Positions 38,431 to 48,204 of a stretch of DNA of 62,154 nt are shown here, in pieces; the stretch's first letter is position 1; every line of letters starts with the position of its first letter. A program made the translations under genes and the position numbers. This DNA is from an uncultured Bacteroidales bacterium (GTDB lineage: Bacteria > Bacteroidota > Bacteroidia > Bacteroidales > UBA4181), in contig CAYVJA010000007.1 in NCBI GenBank assembly GCA_964451605.1, positions 1 to 62,154 of the forward strand, given 5' to 3'. A model generated the notes under the pieces. The model was given only the letters and a program-made list of their open reading frames with translations, was not told where the DNA came from and ran no database searches.

Positions 38431-39450
38431 ATGGGGATTTTTTCTTTCACACAGGAAATCGCGATGGACTTGGGAACCGCCAATACCATCATTATCTATA
38501 ATGACAAAGTGGTTGTTGACGAGCCCTCGATTGTTGCGGTTGACACTGCCTCCGGTAAGGTTATTGCCGTGGGCGAGAAGGCTCGCCAGATGCACGGGAA
38601 AACTCCCGATAACATCCGGACCATCAGACCTCTTCGCGACGGGGTAATTGCCGACTTCAATGCGGCTGAAATCATGATCAGGGGAATGATCAAGATGATC
38701 AGTTCCAAGAACAAGTTCTTCTCTCCTTCTCTCCGGATTGTGGTTTGTATCCCCTCGGGATCTACCGAAGTGGAGGTACGTGCGGTGCGCGACTCCTCAG
38801 AGCATGCCGGAGGGCGCGATGTCTATATGATTTTCGAACCTATGGCTGCTGCTGTGGGTATCGGTATAGACGTTGAGGCACCTGAAGGGTGTATGGTGGT
38901 GGATATAGGCGGTGGAACCACCGAGGTGGCAGTGATTGCTTTGGGGGGTATTGTCTGCAATAAGTCGATCCGCGTTGCCGGTGACGGTTTTACGGCAGAT
39001 ATTCAGGCCTATATGCGTCATCAGCACAACATCAAGATTGGCGAAAGGACAGCCGAAGAGATTAAAATTCAGGTAGGTGCAGCCATTCCGGATTTGGATA
39101 ATCCTCCTACCGATTTTACTGTCAGGGGTCCCAATCTGATGACTGCCCTTCCCATCGAGGTTCCAGTGAGCTATCAGGAAATTGCCCACTGTCTCGACAA
39201 ATCACTTTCGAAGATAGAGACCGCTATTCTGGGTGTTCTCGAACAGACACCTCCCGAACTCTATTCCGACATTGTACGGAAGGGAATCTATCTTACGGGT
39301 GGAGGAGCCCTTTTACGTGGTCTCGACAAGCGTCTCACCGATAAAATTAATATTCCGTTCTATGTGGCTGAAGATCCTTTACGGGCTGTAGCCAGAGGTA
39401 CGGGGGTAGCCTTGAAGAATGTAGATAAATTCTCGTTTTTATTGAGGTAA
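38431..39450 (+). CDS. mreB: rod shape-determining protein MreB
   Basis: MGIFSFTQEIAMDLGTANT..., DIGGGTTEVA. 339 aa. Confidence 0.95.
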   Translation: MGIFSFTQEIAMDLGTANTIIIYNDKVVVDEPSIVAVDTASGKVIAVGEKARQMHGKTPDNIRTIRPLRDGVIADFNAAEIMIRGMIKMISSKNKFFSPSLRIVVCIPSGSTEVEVRAVRDSSEHAGGRDVYMIFEPMAAAVGIGIDVEAPEGCMVVDIGGGTTEVAVIALGGIVCNKSIRVAGDGFTADIQAYMRHQHNIKIGERTAEEIKIQVGAAIPDLDNPPTDFTVRGPNLMTALPIEVPVSYQEIAHCLDKSLSKIETAILGVLEQTPPELYSDIVRKGIYLTGGGALLRGLDKRLTDKINIPFYVAEDPLRAVARGTGVALKNVDKFSFLLR

Positions 39451-39544
39451 TCGTTTTTTGTCGCAGCTAACCTCCGACTTTTTCGCTGTCTCTCCGTGAG
39501 CAGAGTGAGGGCCGGAGGTTTTTGTAAGGGTATATCAATAGGGT

Positions 39545-40369
39545 ATGGGTGCTTTTTTTCGGTTTCTCTATAAGTTTCATGTAGTAGGGCTTTTTATCCT
39601 GCTGGAGCTTTTTGCTTTCTCGCTGATGATCAGGCAAAATGCATTTCACCAGGCAGCTTTTACCAACTACGTCCGAAATGTATCGGGGCAACTGTACGAA
39701 AAACTGAATTCCATATCGTCGTACATGGCACTGCGAGAGACCAATCAGAAACTTCTTGTCGAAAACGCCATGTTGCGCAGCCGGTTGCCGGAAGCCATGT
39801 GGAGCGACGAGGTGGAGCTGATGCATGTAACCGACTCTCTTCACCAACAGCAATACGATTACATGGCTGCCGATGTGGTGAATAATACGGTGAATAAACA
39901 GTACAATTATATTACGTTGAACCGTGGCCGTATACATGGGGTAGAACCCGATATGGCCGTGGTCTCGACGGAGGGAATTGTGGGGATTGTGAATGGGGTT
40001 TCCGATCATTATGCTACGGTCATTTCTTTGTTAAACAGAGACTTCAGGGTGAGCGCCCGGCTAAAATCAAGCGACCATTTCGGCGCTTTGAAATGGGATG
40101 AGGTGAGTTTTTCGCATGCCGATCTGAACGACATTCCTCATCATGCCAAACTGCAGCAGGGTGACACTGTAGTTACCAGCGGCCTTTCGCCGATATTCCC
40201 CGAAGGAATTCTGATTGGTACCGTCTCTTCTTTCCAGATTAAAGACGGAAACTTCTTCTCCATTAAGGTCGATCTTTCTACCGATTTCAAGAAGCTGAAG
40301 CATGTAACGCTCATTAAGAACTATTTCCGCGAGGAGCAATTGAACCTGGAAAAACTTACCGAACGATGA
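39545..40369 (+). CDS. mreC: rod shape-determining protein MreC
   Basis: N-terminal TM helix, coiled-coil (ENAMLRSRL), and beta-rich C-terminal domain with GIVGIV and VVTSGLSPIFPEGILIG. Confidence 0.85.
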   Translation: MGAFFRFLYKFHVVGLFILLELFAFSLMIRQNAFHQAAFTNYVRNVSGQLYEKLNSISSYMALRETNQKLLVENAMLRSRLPEAMWSDEVELMHVTDSLHQQQYDYMAADVVNNTVNKQYNYITLNRGRIHGVEPDMAVVSTEGIVGIVNGVSDHYATVISLLNRDFRVSARLKSSDHFGALKWDEVSFSHADLNDIPHHAKLQQGDTVVTSGLSPIFPEGILIGTVSSFQIKDGNFFSIKVDLSTDFKKLKHVTLIKNYFREEQLNLEKLTER

Positions 40370-40881
40370 TCAGAGATTTTGTGTTCGATGTGATTCGCTT
40401 TGTGGTGCTGATTGTTCTGCAGATCTTGGCGCTGAATCACATTCAGTTTAGCGGGTTCGTGAACCCCTATCCCTATATTCTCTTCATTCTGCTTCTTCCT
40501 TTTCAGATTCATCCCTCGCTGCTGCTGCTTCTATCGGCCGCGATGGGCCTGTGTATCGATCTCTTTTCGTTTACCCCCGGAATGCATACAGCTGCCGCTG
40601 TTTTCCTGGGCTTTCTCCGTCCCTATATTCTGCAGTTTCTGGCTCCTCACGACGGATACGAGGGGCTCCGGATTCCGGGAATCCGTTCGCTGGGTTTTCG
40701 CTGGTTTCTTCGATATGCGTTAATGGCAACTTTCTTCCATCATCTGGTTCTCTTTTTTGTGGAAGCTTTCGAATTTTCCAATTTTTTTCATACCCTTTTC
40801 CGTATCTTGCTAAGCACAGTTTTTACTGTGCTGATTGTTATACTTGCCGAATACCTGATATCGGGCCCCAAGCGAAGCTAA
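40366..40881 (+). CDS. mreD: rod shape-determining protein MreD
   Basis: 171-aa polytopic membrane protein. A 4-nt overlap with mreC, immediately upstream of PBP2. Confidence 0.65.
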   Translation: MIRDFVFDVIRFVVLIVLQILALNHIQFSGFVNPYPYILFILLLPFQIHPSLLLLLSAAMGLCIDLFSFTPGMHTAAAVFLGFLRPYILQFLAPHDGYEGLRIPGIRSLGFRWFLRYALMATFFHHLVLFFVEAFEFSNFFHTLFRILLSTVFTVLIVILAEYLISGPKRS

Positions 40882-40884
40882 ACT

Positions 40885-42675
40885 ATGAAGGATCCGTTCC
40901 GTAACAGGAGGTATGTGATTACTGCCATCTTTTCGCTGATGGCCGTAGTATTTGTGTTGCGCCTTTTTTATCTGCAGGTAATCGACAAATCGCTGAAATA
41001 TTCGTCCGAAAACAACTCCCGAAGATACGTCACCCAATATCCTGCCCGAGGTCTGGTTTTAGACCGAAACGGGAAGACACTGGTTTTTAATGAGGCCTCG
41101 TACGATCTGATGGTGACGCCCCGGCTGGTGACGCCCTTCGATACTGCCGATTTTTGCCGCATTTTGGGCATCACCCCCGAGACGACCCGCGAAAGTCTCA
41201 GGCAGGCTCGTGCCTATTCGCGCTATAAACCCTCCGTTTTTTTGCGTCAGATCTCTGCGCGTACCTATGCCGTGTTGCAGGAAAAGCTCCATAAGTTTGG
41301 AGGGTTTTATGTGCAACCCCGTACCAGCCGTTTATATACCCGGCCCATTGCACCCCATTTGCTGGGTTATGTAGGCGAGGTGAATGACAAAATCATTGCC
41401 TCCGATCCGTACTATAAAATGGGTGATTATATCGGGGTAAGTGGAATTGAGAAGGCTTACGAAGAGACATTGCGGGGGAAGAAAGGAGTAAAAATTTTGC
41501 TGGTCGACGTGCACAATGTGGAGAAAGGTTCCTTTCAGGAGGGGGCTTACGATACCACTGCAGTTGTGGGGCGCGACATTATCTGTACTATCGACGGCGA
41601 TCTTCAGGAGTACGGCGAGTACCTGATGCAAAATATGCGAGGCAGCGTAGTGGCTATCGAACCCTCGACCGGTGAAATTCTTGCATTGGTTTCGATGCCC
41701 AAGTACGATCCCAATTTGTTGGTGGGGAGGCAGCGGTCGGCCAACTATCTGATGCTGGAGCGCAGCGAGCAGAAAGTGTTGCTGAACAGGGCCGTAAATG
41801 CCCGATATTCACCCGGTTCCACCTATAAGCCGGCTCAGGCGTTAGTCTGTCTGGAGATGGGGGGTATCACCGAGTCGTCCATGTTCCCGTGCAACGGGAA
41901 GGCCTCTTCGCCCATGGCCTGCTCGCATTCGCACGGGTCGCCCGTTTCCTTGCTCAACGGGATAGAACAGAGCTGTAATCCCTATTTCTGGCATGCTTTC
42001 CGCGAAACCCTCGAAATGGGGGGGACACAACAGTTTCGGAAAAATTATAACGATTGGCGCGATCATATGCTCAAGTTTGGGTTCGGTCGAAAACTTGAAA
42101 CCGACATTCCGGGTGTTGCCGAAGGGAATCTGCCTACTCAGGCCTACTTCGACCACTGGTTCGGGGTGAACCGCTGGCGGCCGATGACCATCCGTTCGCT
42201 TGCCATCGGGCAGGGTGAAGTTCTGGTGACTCCTCTCCAACAGGCAAATTATATGGCTGTTCTCGCTAATCGGGGGTTCTACTATCCTCCTCATACAGTT
42301 AGAACCGACAGCTATTCGGAGCGGATAAATGTGGATATTGCTTCCCGTTATTTTGATCTGGTTGTGGAAGGGATGCAAAGAGTGAATGAGTCGGGAACCG
42401 GTCGGGCAAGTTTCAGCCCGGCATTGATGCAGGGGATTACTTCGTGCGGAAAAACCGGCACGGTCGAGAATCCTCCGCATAAAGACCACTCGCTTTTTGT
42501 GGGGGTTGCCCCGGTTGAGAATCCAAAGATTGCAATTGCAGTTGTGGTAGAGAATGCCGGGTTTGGTGCCACCTGGGCTGCTCCGGTGGCCAGTTTGATG
42601 ATTGAGAAGTATCTGGCCGGAACGGTTAAGCGGCCCGACCTGGAGGAGAGGGTTCTGAATTTTTCCATCTATTAG
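40885..42675 (+). CDS. mrdA: penicillin-binding protein 2 (elongasome transpeptidase)
   Basis: SxxK (STYK), SxN (SCN) and KTGT motifs, with an N-terminal TM anchor. Confidence 0.9.
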   Translation: MKDPFRNRRYVITAIFSLMAVVFVLRLFYLQVIDKSLKYSSENNSRRYVTQYPARGLVLDRNGKTLVFNEASYDLMVTPRLVTPFDTADFCRILGITPETTRESLRQARAYSRYKPSVFLRQISARTYAVLQEKLHKFGGFYVQPRTSRLYTRPIAPHLLGYVGEVNDKIIASDPYYKMGDYIGVSGIEKAYEETLRGKKGVKILLVDVHNVEKGSFQEGAYDTTAVVGRDIICTIDGDLQEYGEYLMQNMRGSVVAIEPSTGEILALVSMPKYDPNLLVGRQRSANYLMLERSEQKVLLNRAVNARYSPGSTYKPAQALVCLEMGGITESSMFPCNGKASSPMACSHSHGSPVSLLNGIEQSCNPYFWHAFRETLEMGGTQQFRKNYNDWRDHMLKFGFGRKLETDIPGVAEGNLPTQAYFDHWFGVNRWRPMTIRSLAIGQGEVLVTPLQQANYMAVLANRGFYYPPHTVRTDSYSERINVDIASRYFDLVVEGMQRVNESGTGRASFSPALMQGITSCGKTGTVENPPHKDHSLFVGVAPVENPKIAIAVVVENAGFGATWAAPVASLMIEKYLAGTVKRPDLEERVLNFSIY

Positions 42676-42690
42676 TTGTTGTGCTAATCT

Positions 42691-44124
42691 TTGCCCATCA
42701 TGATCAGAAAGGTAAATCTGCTTGAAAATTTCGACTGGATTACGGTTGGGCTCTTTTTGCTTATGGTGCTGATGGGATGGCTGAATATCTATGCTGCCGT
42801 CTATGATGAGGAGCATAAGAGTATCCTCTCTTTTTCGCAACGGTATGGAAAACAGCTTATCTGGATAGGCGCGGCTACCGGACTAGCCCTTTTTGCCTTT
42901 CTGCTCGATTCGAAATTCTATATCAATTTTTCGTATGTCTTCTATAGCCTTACGGTACTGCTATTGATGGCCGTTTTGGTGATAGGGACTGAGATTAACG
43001 GTGCAAAATCATGGATTGTGCTTGGGGGTATCCAACTGCAACCCACCGAGTTTGCTAAGGTAGGAACCTGCCTGGCTCTGGCCAGGTGGCTCTCAACCGA
43101 AAACCGTAAGCTCATGGAGTGGAGTACCTTGTCGGTGTGTGGAGCCGTTATCCTCTTGCCCATGGTGTTAATCATGCTGCAGCCGGATACCGGATCGGCT
43201 CTTGTTTATCTCTCTTTTGCCATCATGTTTTACCGCGAAGGGTTGCCGGGTTCGATTCTCTTTTTCGGCTTCCTGACAGGGTTACTTTTTGTGTTGAGCC
43301 TGATGATGGATAAAACGGTTCTCTTTTTGATTATGACGGGATTGGGCTTTTTGTATGCGGTCTTTCTCTCTCTTCGAATCCGGGAACTCATCACAGGGTT
43401 TCTGATTTTCGGTCTCCTCCTGGCGTTGGCGCATCTGCTTTTTTCCCACTTTCTCCCCGAACTCGATTTCTCGTTTACACTGGCTGCTGCTGCTCTTTTG
43501 TCGGCAGTGGTTTTCGGTTTGTGGAGTTTTCTTCATCATATACCCAGGCTCTCTACCCTGGTTTGGATTGTGGCCGGGGCTATTCTCTTTTGTCTTTCGG
43601 TCGATTTTGTCTTCGATACCTTGCTGGAACCTCATCATCAGCAGCGTGTGAGAATCTTGCTGGGCATGGAGTCGGATCCGCTGGGCTATGGGTATAATGT
43701 GAACCAGTCGAAAATTGCCATCGGATCAGGAGGCTGGTTTGGAAAGGGATTTTTGCAGGGAACCCAGACCAAATACAATTTTGTTCCCGAACAGAGTACC
43801 GATTTTATTTTTTGTACCGTGGGCGAGGAGTGGGGCTGGTTTGGTTCTGTGGTGGTAGTGGGGCTTTTTCTGCTTTTGCTGTTGCGGATTCTGCATTTGG
43901 CCGAGCGTCAACGCTCCTCTTTCAGCCGTATCTATGCCTATTGCGTAGCCTCCATTCTCTTTTTTCATGTGCTTATCAATGTAGGAATGGCACTGGCTCT
44001 ACTTCCCGTGATCGGCATTCCCCTTCCCTTCTTTAGTTATGGGGGCTCTTCGCTCTGGACATTTACTCTGTTGCTTTTTATTTTGCTCCGGCTCGATGCC
44101 AGCCGGATGGAGTTCCTTCGTTGA
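42691..44124 (+). CDS. rodA: rod shape-determining protein RodA (SEDS / FtsW-RodA-SpoVE family)
   Basis: Polytopic, with QPTEFAKV, PEQSTDFIF and PFFSYGGSS blocks. It follows mrdA. Confidence 0.85.
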   Translation: MPIMIRKVNLLENFDWITVGLFLLMVLMGWLNIYAAVYDEEHKSILSFSQRYGKQLIWIGAATGLALFAFLLDSKFYINFSYVFYSLTVLLLMAVLVIGTEINGAKSWIVLGGIQLQPTEFAKVGTCLALARWLSTENRKLMEWSTLSVCGAVILLPMVLIMLQPDTGSALVYLSFAIMFYREGLPGSILFFGFLTGLLFVLSLMMDKTVLFLIMTGLGFLYAVFLSLRIRELITGFLIFGLLLALAHLLFSHFLPELDFSFTLAAAALLSAVVFGLWSFLHHIPRLSTLVWIVAGAILFCLSVDFVFDTLLEPHHQQRVRILLGMESDPLGYGYNVNQSKIAIGSGGWFGKGFLQGTQTKYNFVPEQSTDFIFCTVGEEWGWFGSVVVVGLFLLLLLRILHLAERQRSSFSRIYAYCVASILFFHVLINVGMALALLPVIGIPLPFFSYGGSSLWTFTLLLFILLRLDASRMEFLR

Positions 44125-44160
44125 CAACGCCGATAATCTTCGCCCAACGACGGCAACTCT

Positions 44161-44757
44161 CTACTCGCGCGAAATAGAGAGTTGGAATTTGCCTTGTACA
44201 AATTCGGTGAGTTGCGGAAAGAATTCGTAAAACTGCTCTTTCAGCAACTCATAGTTTTGTTCGAAGACTTCAATTGCCCAGTCGGTTTCCGGGGGCAGAG
44301 AGGTGGTTCTGGCCATGCCGTTTAAGACTTTACGTATTCCTTCTACGGTGGTATACTCTTCTATCCAACGGTTGGCAAAAAAGCCGGGAAGGTATTTCTG
44401 AACTCCGGTCGGGAGTATTTTAAAGTGTTCCAGAAGTATTTCGTAAACCCACTCGGTGTACTCATTCAGGGGGGTGGAGTGGAAGAGAGGCCAGTCGTGA
44501 GCCAGATAGTGATCGTAGAGGATGTCGGTTATCACGCCGGAGTAATGGCGGTACCGGTCGTTAAAGAGCAGTTTGCTCTCTTTGGTAATTTCGTGGCTGT
44601 CGGTAAACCAATCGATGTTGCGGTGAATCATGATCCCCTGTTGAACCTCTTCGGGGAATTCCAGATAATCGGCGCCCTTTACCCAATCGGCAATGAAGTT
44701 GCCGACCATGATGTATTCATTCCCTCCGGAAAGGTATATATGCGCCAGAAAATTCAT
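44161..44757 (-). CDS. acpH: acyl carrier protein phosphodiesterase
   Basis: From ATG 44757: MNFLAHIYLSGGNEYIMVGNFIADWVKG, the hallmark AcpH N-terminus. Confidence 0.75.
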   Translation of the reverse strand: MNFLAHIYLSGGNEYIMVGNFIADWVKGADYLEFPEEVQQGIMIHRNIDWFTDSHEITKESKLLFNDRYRHYSGVITDILYDHYLAHDWPLFHSTPLNEYTEWVYEILLEHFKILPTGVQKYLPGFFANRWIEEYTTVEGIRKVLNGMARTTSLPPETDWAIEVFEQNYELLKEQFYEFFPQLTEFVQGKFQLSISRE

Positions 44758-44847
44758 CCTCCAGTTTTGGGGGTTTTGCCGTTGCTTTTTGCTTTGCACT
44801 TTCGGCTACGAAAAATAGGCAAAAAATCACGTTATCGCAAATAAGAA

Positions 44848-44889
44848 ATCCCCCTGACAAGTCGTGTTTTTGTGCTTGTCAGGGGGATT
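44848..44889 (-). terminator. rho-independent terminator after tRNA-Cys
   Basis: On the minus strand: AATCCCCCTGACAAG-loop-CTTGTCAGGGGGATT followed by TCTTATTT. Confidence 0.7.
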
Positions 44890-44896
44890 CGGAGGG

Positions 44897-44967
44897 AGGT
44901 CTCTGGCGGATTCGAACCGCCGTACACGGTTTTGCAGACCGGCGCCTAGCCACTCGGCCAAGAGACC
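44897..44967 (-). tRNA. tRNA-Cys (GCA)
   Basis: Minus strand: GGTCTCT-TG-GCC..GGC...CTGCAAA anticodon loop...GGCGG-TTCGAAT-CCGCC-AGAGACC-T. Perfect 7-bp acceptor stem. Confidence 0.85.
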
Positions 44968-44982
44968 CTGAATTGGTGACCG

Positions 44983-44990
44983 CAAAGGTA
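44983..44990 (-). promoter_or_regulatory. putative -7 box (TACCTTTG on the minus strand) for tRNA-Cys
   Basis: Plus strand reads CAAAGGTA, 15 nt upstream of the tRNA 5' end. Confidence 0.4.
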
Positions 44991-45020
44991 AAAAAAAAGC
45001 TGAATGAAAAAAATCGATTT

Positions 45021-45341
45021 TTAGAGCATGCCCAGTTCCATCAATGCCTCTTCCGACATCCGGTCTCTGCTCCAAAGGGGCTCGAAAACCAGGTTGACCT
45101 CTACCTTATTTACCCCCTCAACCGCTTCGGTCTTCTCCTGGGTTTCCCAAACCAATACATCGGCCATGGGGCAGTTAGGGGCAGTAAGTGTCATGGTAAT
45201 TTTTACATTGGCATCATCGTCGACATCGAGGTTGTATATCAGTCCCAGATCATAAATATTTACAGGAATTTCAGGGTCGTATACAGTTTTAAGCGCAGCA
45301 ATAATCTTGCTTTCCAGATTGAGTATATGTGAAGGATCCAT
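45021..45341 (-). CDS. sufT: SUF-associated Fe-S assembly protein (DUF59 / SufT-like)
   Basis: VYDPEIPVNIYDLGLIY...TLTAPNCPMA motif. Last gene of the suf operon. Confidence 0.8.
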   Translation of the reverse strand: MDPSHILNLESKIIAALKTVYDPEIPVNIYDLGLIYNLDVDDDANVKITMTLTAPNCPMADVLVWETQEKTEAVEGVNKVEVNLVFEPLWSRDRMSEEALMELGML

Positions 45342-45352
45342 ATATTACATTC

Positions 45353-45781
45353 TCAAGAGTTCAACATTTTGGCTTTATAGGCCATTGCATAGAGTTTCAT
45401 CTGTTTTACCATCTGCATGAGTCCGTTCGAGCGGGTTGGCGACAGGTTCTGCTTCAGACCGATTGTATCGATGAAGTGGAGATCGGCCTCCAGAATTTCA
45501 TCGGGTGTGCGATCGGAAAGCACCTTTAGGAGCAAAGAGACAATCCCTTTTGGAATTTCGGCATCGCTGTCGGCTCTGAAGGTTACCCGGCCATTTTGGA
45601 GTTCAGGATAGAGCCAGACTCTGCTCTGGCACCCTTCAATCAGGTATTCGTTGGTCTTGCAGCGAGCTTCGAGCGGAGGCAGTTCTCCGCCCAGTCCTAT
45701 CAGATATTCGTAGCGATCGAGCCAGTCGTCGAATATCGCAAACGATTCAATGATCTCTTCCTGTGCCTCCTGAATAGTCAT
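45353..45781 (-). CDS. sufE: SufE-family sulfur acceptor
   Basis: 142 aa with the LIEGCQSRVW active-site Cys block. Confidence 0.85.
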   Translation of the reverse strand: MTIQEAQEEIIESFAIFDDWLDRYEYLIGLGGELPPLEARCKTNEYLIEGCQSRVWLYPELQNGRVTFRADSDAEIPKGIVSLLLKVLSDRTPDEILEADLHFIDTIGLKQNLSPTRSNGLMQMVKQMKLYAMAYKAKMLNS

Positions 45782-45821
45782 GTTTGATCTTTTGTAGAAA
45801 CGTGCGCAAAGATACCAATGT

Positions 45822-47039
45822 TTAGCTCAACATACGTTTGGCACGCAGAATTCCTTCGTACAGACGATCAACTTCGTCGAAGGTGTTGTATAGACCGAAC
45901 GATGCCCTCACTGTCCCGTCTATGCCCAAACGCTTCATGAGCGGCTGGGTACAATGGGTTCCTGTACGCACGGCAATACCCAGTTTGTCCAGAATCATCC
46001 CGACATCGTAGGGATGGCTCCTGCCCACAAGGAAGGAGAGAACCCCTGCCTTTTCGGCTGCATTCCCGTAGATTTTTACCCCCTCAATCGATCCGATTTT
46101 TTGGGTGGCGTATTGGAGCAGAGCCTTTTCGTGTTGGCCGATGGCCTCTAAACCTATCGATTTTACATATTCGAGGGCTGTCTGTAAGGCTGCGGCTTCC
46201 AGGTAATTGGCTGTTCCTGCTTCGAACTTAAAGGGGAGTTCATTATAGGTGGTTCGTTCGAAAGTAACACAATCTACCATATCACCTCCGCCCTGGTAAG
46301 GAGGCATCTCATCGAGCCACTGTTTCTTGCCGTACAATACCCCAATCCCGGTGGGGCCGTAAATCTTATGACCTGAGAAGAGGAAAAAGTCACAGTCGAG
46401 GTGCTGTACATCAATTGGGAAATGCTGAACCGACTGTGCTCCGTCGATAAGCACCGGGATATCGTGCTTGTGTGCTTTCCCGATAATCTCTTTTACCGGG
46501 TTTACAGTGCCCAGTGTATTCGATACATGGCAAACGGCCACGATTCGGGTTTTATCGGTAAGGAGATTCTCATAGGCCTCCATATCCAGCTCCCCATTGT
46601 CCGACATGGGGATGACCCGAAGTATAGCCCCTTTCCTGTCGCATAGCATCTGCCAGGGAACAATATTTGCGTGATGTTCCATGGCAGAGATGAGAATCTC
46701 GTCGCCCGCCGATACGTAACGTTCGCCAAACGAAAAGGCCACGGCATTAATTCCGGCGGTAGTTCCGGCTGTAAATATGATCTCCTGCGATAGGGCAGCA
46801 TGAATAAATTGTTGTACCTCTATGCGGGCCTCTTCGTATCTTTCGGTCATTACCCCGCTCAGATAGTGCACTCCGCGATGAATGTTACTGTTGGAGTGAG
46901 AATAGAGATCGACCAGGGTATCAATAACCTGTTTCGGTTTCTGGGTGGTAGCCCCATTATCGAGATAGGCCAATGGTTTACCGTAGGGTCGCTCTTCAAG
47001 GATGGGGAAGTGGCTTCTGATGGTACTAATCGGATACAT
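45822..47039 (-). CDS. sufS: cysteine desulfurase SufS (group II)
   Basis: From ATG 47039: PLP-lysine block FSGHKIYGPTGIG and catalytic Cys block RTGTHCTQP. Confidence 0.9.
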   Translation of the reverse strand: MYPISTIRSHFPILEERPYGKPLAYLDNGATTQKPKQVIDTLVDLYSHSNSNIHRGVHYLSGVMTERYEEARIEVQQFIHAALSQEIIFTAGTTAGINAVAFSFGERYVSAGDEILISAMEHHANIVPWQMLCDRKGAILRVIPMSDNGELDMEAYENLLTDKTRIVAVCHVSNTLGTVNPVKEIIGKAHKHDIPVLIDGAQSVQHFPIDVQHLDCDFFLFSGHKIYGPTGIGVLYGKKQWLDEMPPYQGGGDMVDCVTFERTTYNELPFKFEAGTANYLEAAALQTALEYVKSIGLEAIGQHEKALLQYATQKIGSIEGVKIYGNAAEKAGVLSFLVGRSHPYDVGMILDKLGIAVRTGTHCTQPLMKRLGIDGTVRASFGLYNTFDEVDRLYEGILRAKRMLS

Positions 47040-47043
47040 GGTA

Positions 47044-48204
47044 TCAGGGATTGGGCAGGAATAGTTCCTCAAGCGCTGCTATAGCCTCTTTTTGAGAACC
47101 TTCCTGCGATGATGCCGAAATGACCTCCTGTGCGAAGGCTACTGTCAGCATATGTCGCGCCTCTTCGCGGCCAATACCCCGCGAACGCAGGTAGAACAGC
47201 GCCTCTTCGCGCAGTTCGCCTGTAGTGGCACCATGGCTGCACTTTACATTATCGGCATAGATCTCCAGTTGTGGACGGCTCCTCATTAATGCAGTGTCTG
47301 AGATGAGCAGGTTGCGGTTTTGCTGATAGGCTTCGGTCTCCTGTGCGCCGGGTGCCACCAGGATTCTTCCGCAGAAAGTTCCGGTTGATTTATCGGCCAA
47401 AATTGATTTAAACAGTTGTAAGCTATGGCATTTTGGCGCCATATGACACATGTTTATGTGGTTGTCGGAATGCTGCTCGTCTTGCCCCAGCGATAGTCCG
47501 AAGGCTTCGTGCGATCCCCTCTCACCGGCGAGAATCACCTTGAGGTTGTTTCGGAGTTTCTTTGCATTCAGCGAGAACCCGACAGTTTTAACCTGACTGT
47601 TTGCAGCCTGATGGATGATGGTGTGCGATAACACCCACTCTTTCGGATTGTTAAACTTCCATGCAATCTCCAGATTGGCATCCTCTTCCACATAAATCTC
47701 GGTGAAGAGGTGTTTGCTGTGTGTGTAATCGACCATAATCCTGCAATCGGCAGCACGTCCCACAAAAATCTGACGGTAGGCTACTTCGGGATTCTCTTTC
47801 CCGGCGCCGATATGCAGAGCCGAATCACCATTGAACCCCGACGGAATCTCGATCCAGCTTCCCTGATTTACCTGTTGCCAAAAGAGATTCTGGTATCCAT
47901 CTTCTGTTTCGGCCAATGCTCCGGCCGGCCGGCTGTTCGGTCCGGGTTGCCGGCTTACACTCACCGACGGAGGGGCACTGATGATATCCATTCGCATGAG
48001 GCGGGATACCGGTTGCGGATCGGAGGCAAATTCAGAAAGCAGGTTGGTTTCACGATAGAACTCCTCATCGGGAGAGGGGAGTCCGTTCGCAAGAAGTATG
48101 GCCCGGCTCTTTTGCCGGATTTCTATAAACGGGTCGCCGGAATGCTCTGTCTGCAATCTCTTCAAAATCCATTCCGGCAGAAGGGGTTGGCTTTCAGGCT
48201 TCAT
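47044..48204 (-). CDS. sufD: Fe-S cluster assembly protein SufD
   Basis: Positioned between sufC and sufS, with a C-terminal beta-helix region typical of SufB/D (LISDTALMRSRPQLEIYADNVKCSHGATTG). Confidence 0.85.
   Translation of the reverse strand: MKPESQPLLPEWILKRLQTEHSGDPFIEIRQKSRAILLANGLPSPDEEFYRETNLLSEFASDPQPVSRLMRMDIISAPPSVSVSRQPGPNSRPAGALAETEDGYQNLFWQQVNQGSWIEIPSGFNGDSALHIGAGKENPEVAYRQIFVGRAADCRIMVDYTHSKHLFTEIYVEEDANLEIAWKFNNPKEWVLSHTIIHQAANSQVKTVGFSLNAKKLRNNLKVILAGERGSHEAFGLSLGQDEQHSDNHINMCHMAPKCHSLQLFKSILADKSTGTFCGRILVAPGAQETEAYQQNRNLLISDTALMRSRPQLEIYADNVKCSHGATTGELREEALFYLRSRGIGREEARHMLTVAFAQEVISASSQEGSQKEAIAALEELFLPNP

Noticed and set aside
37987-38595. 202-aa minus-strand ORF spanning the purH/mreB junction
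   Set aside because: It overlaps two well-supported plus-strand genes, and its translation has no recognisable features.
41842-42840. 332-aa minus-strand ORF
   Set aside because: It lies antisense to the mrdA 3' end and the rodA 5' end, both of which have clear motifs. Its product is Arg/His/Pro-rich with no family resemblance.
44827-45075. 82-aa minus-strand ORF
   Set aside because: It runs straight through the tRNA-Cys gene, its promoter and its terminator hairpin.
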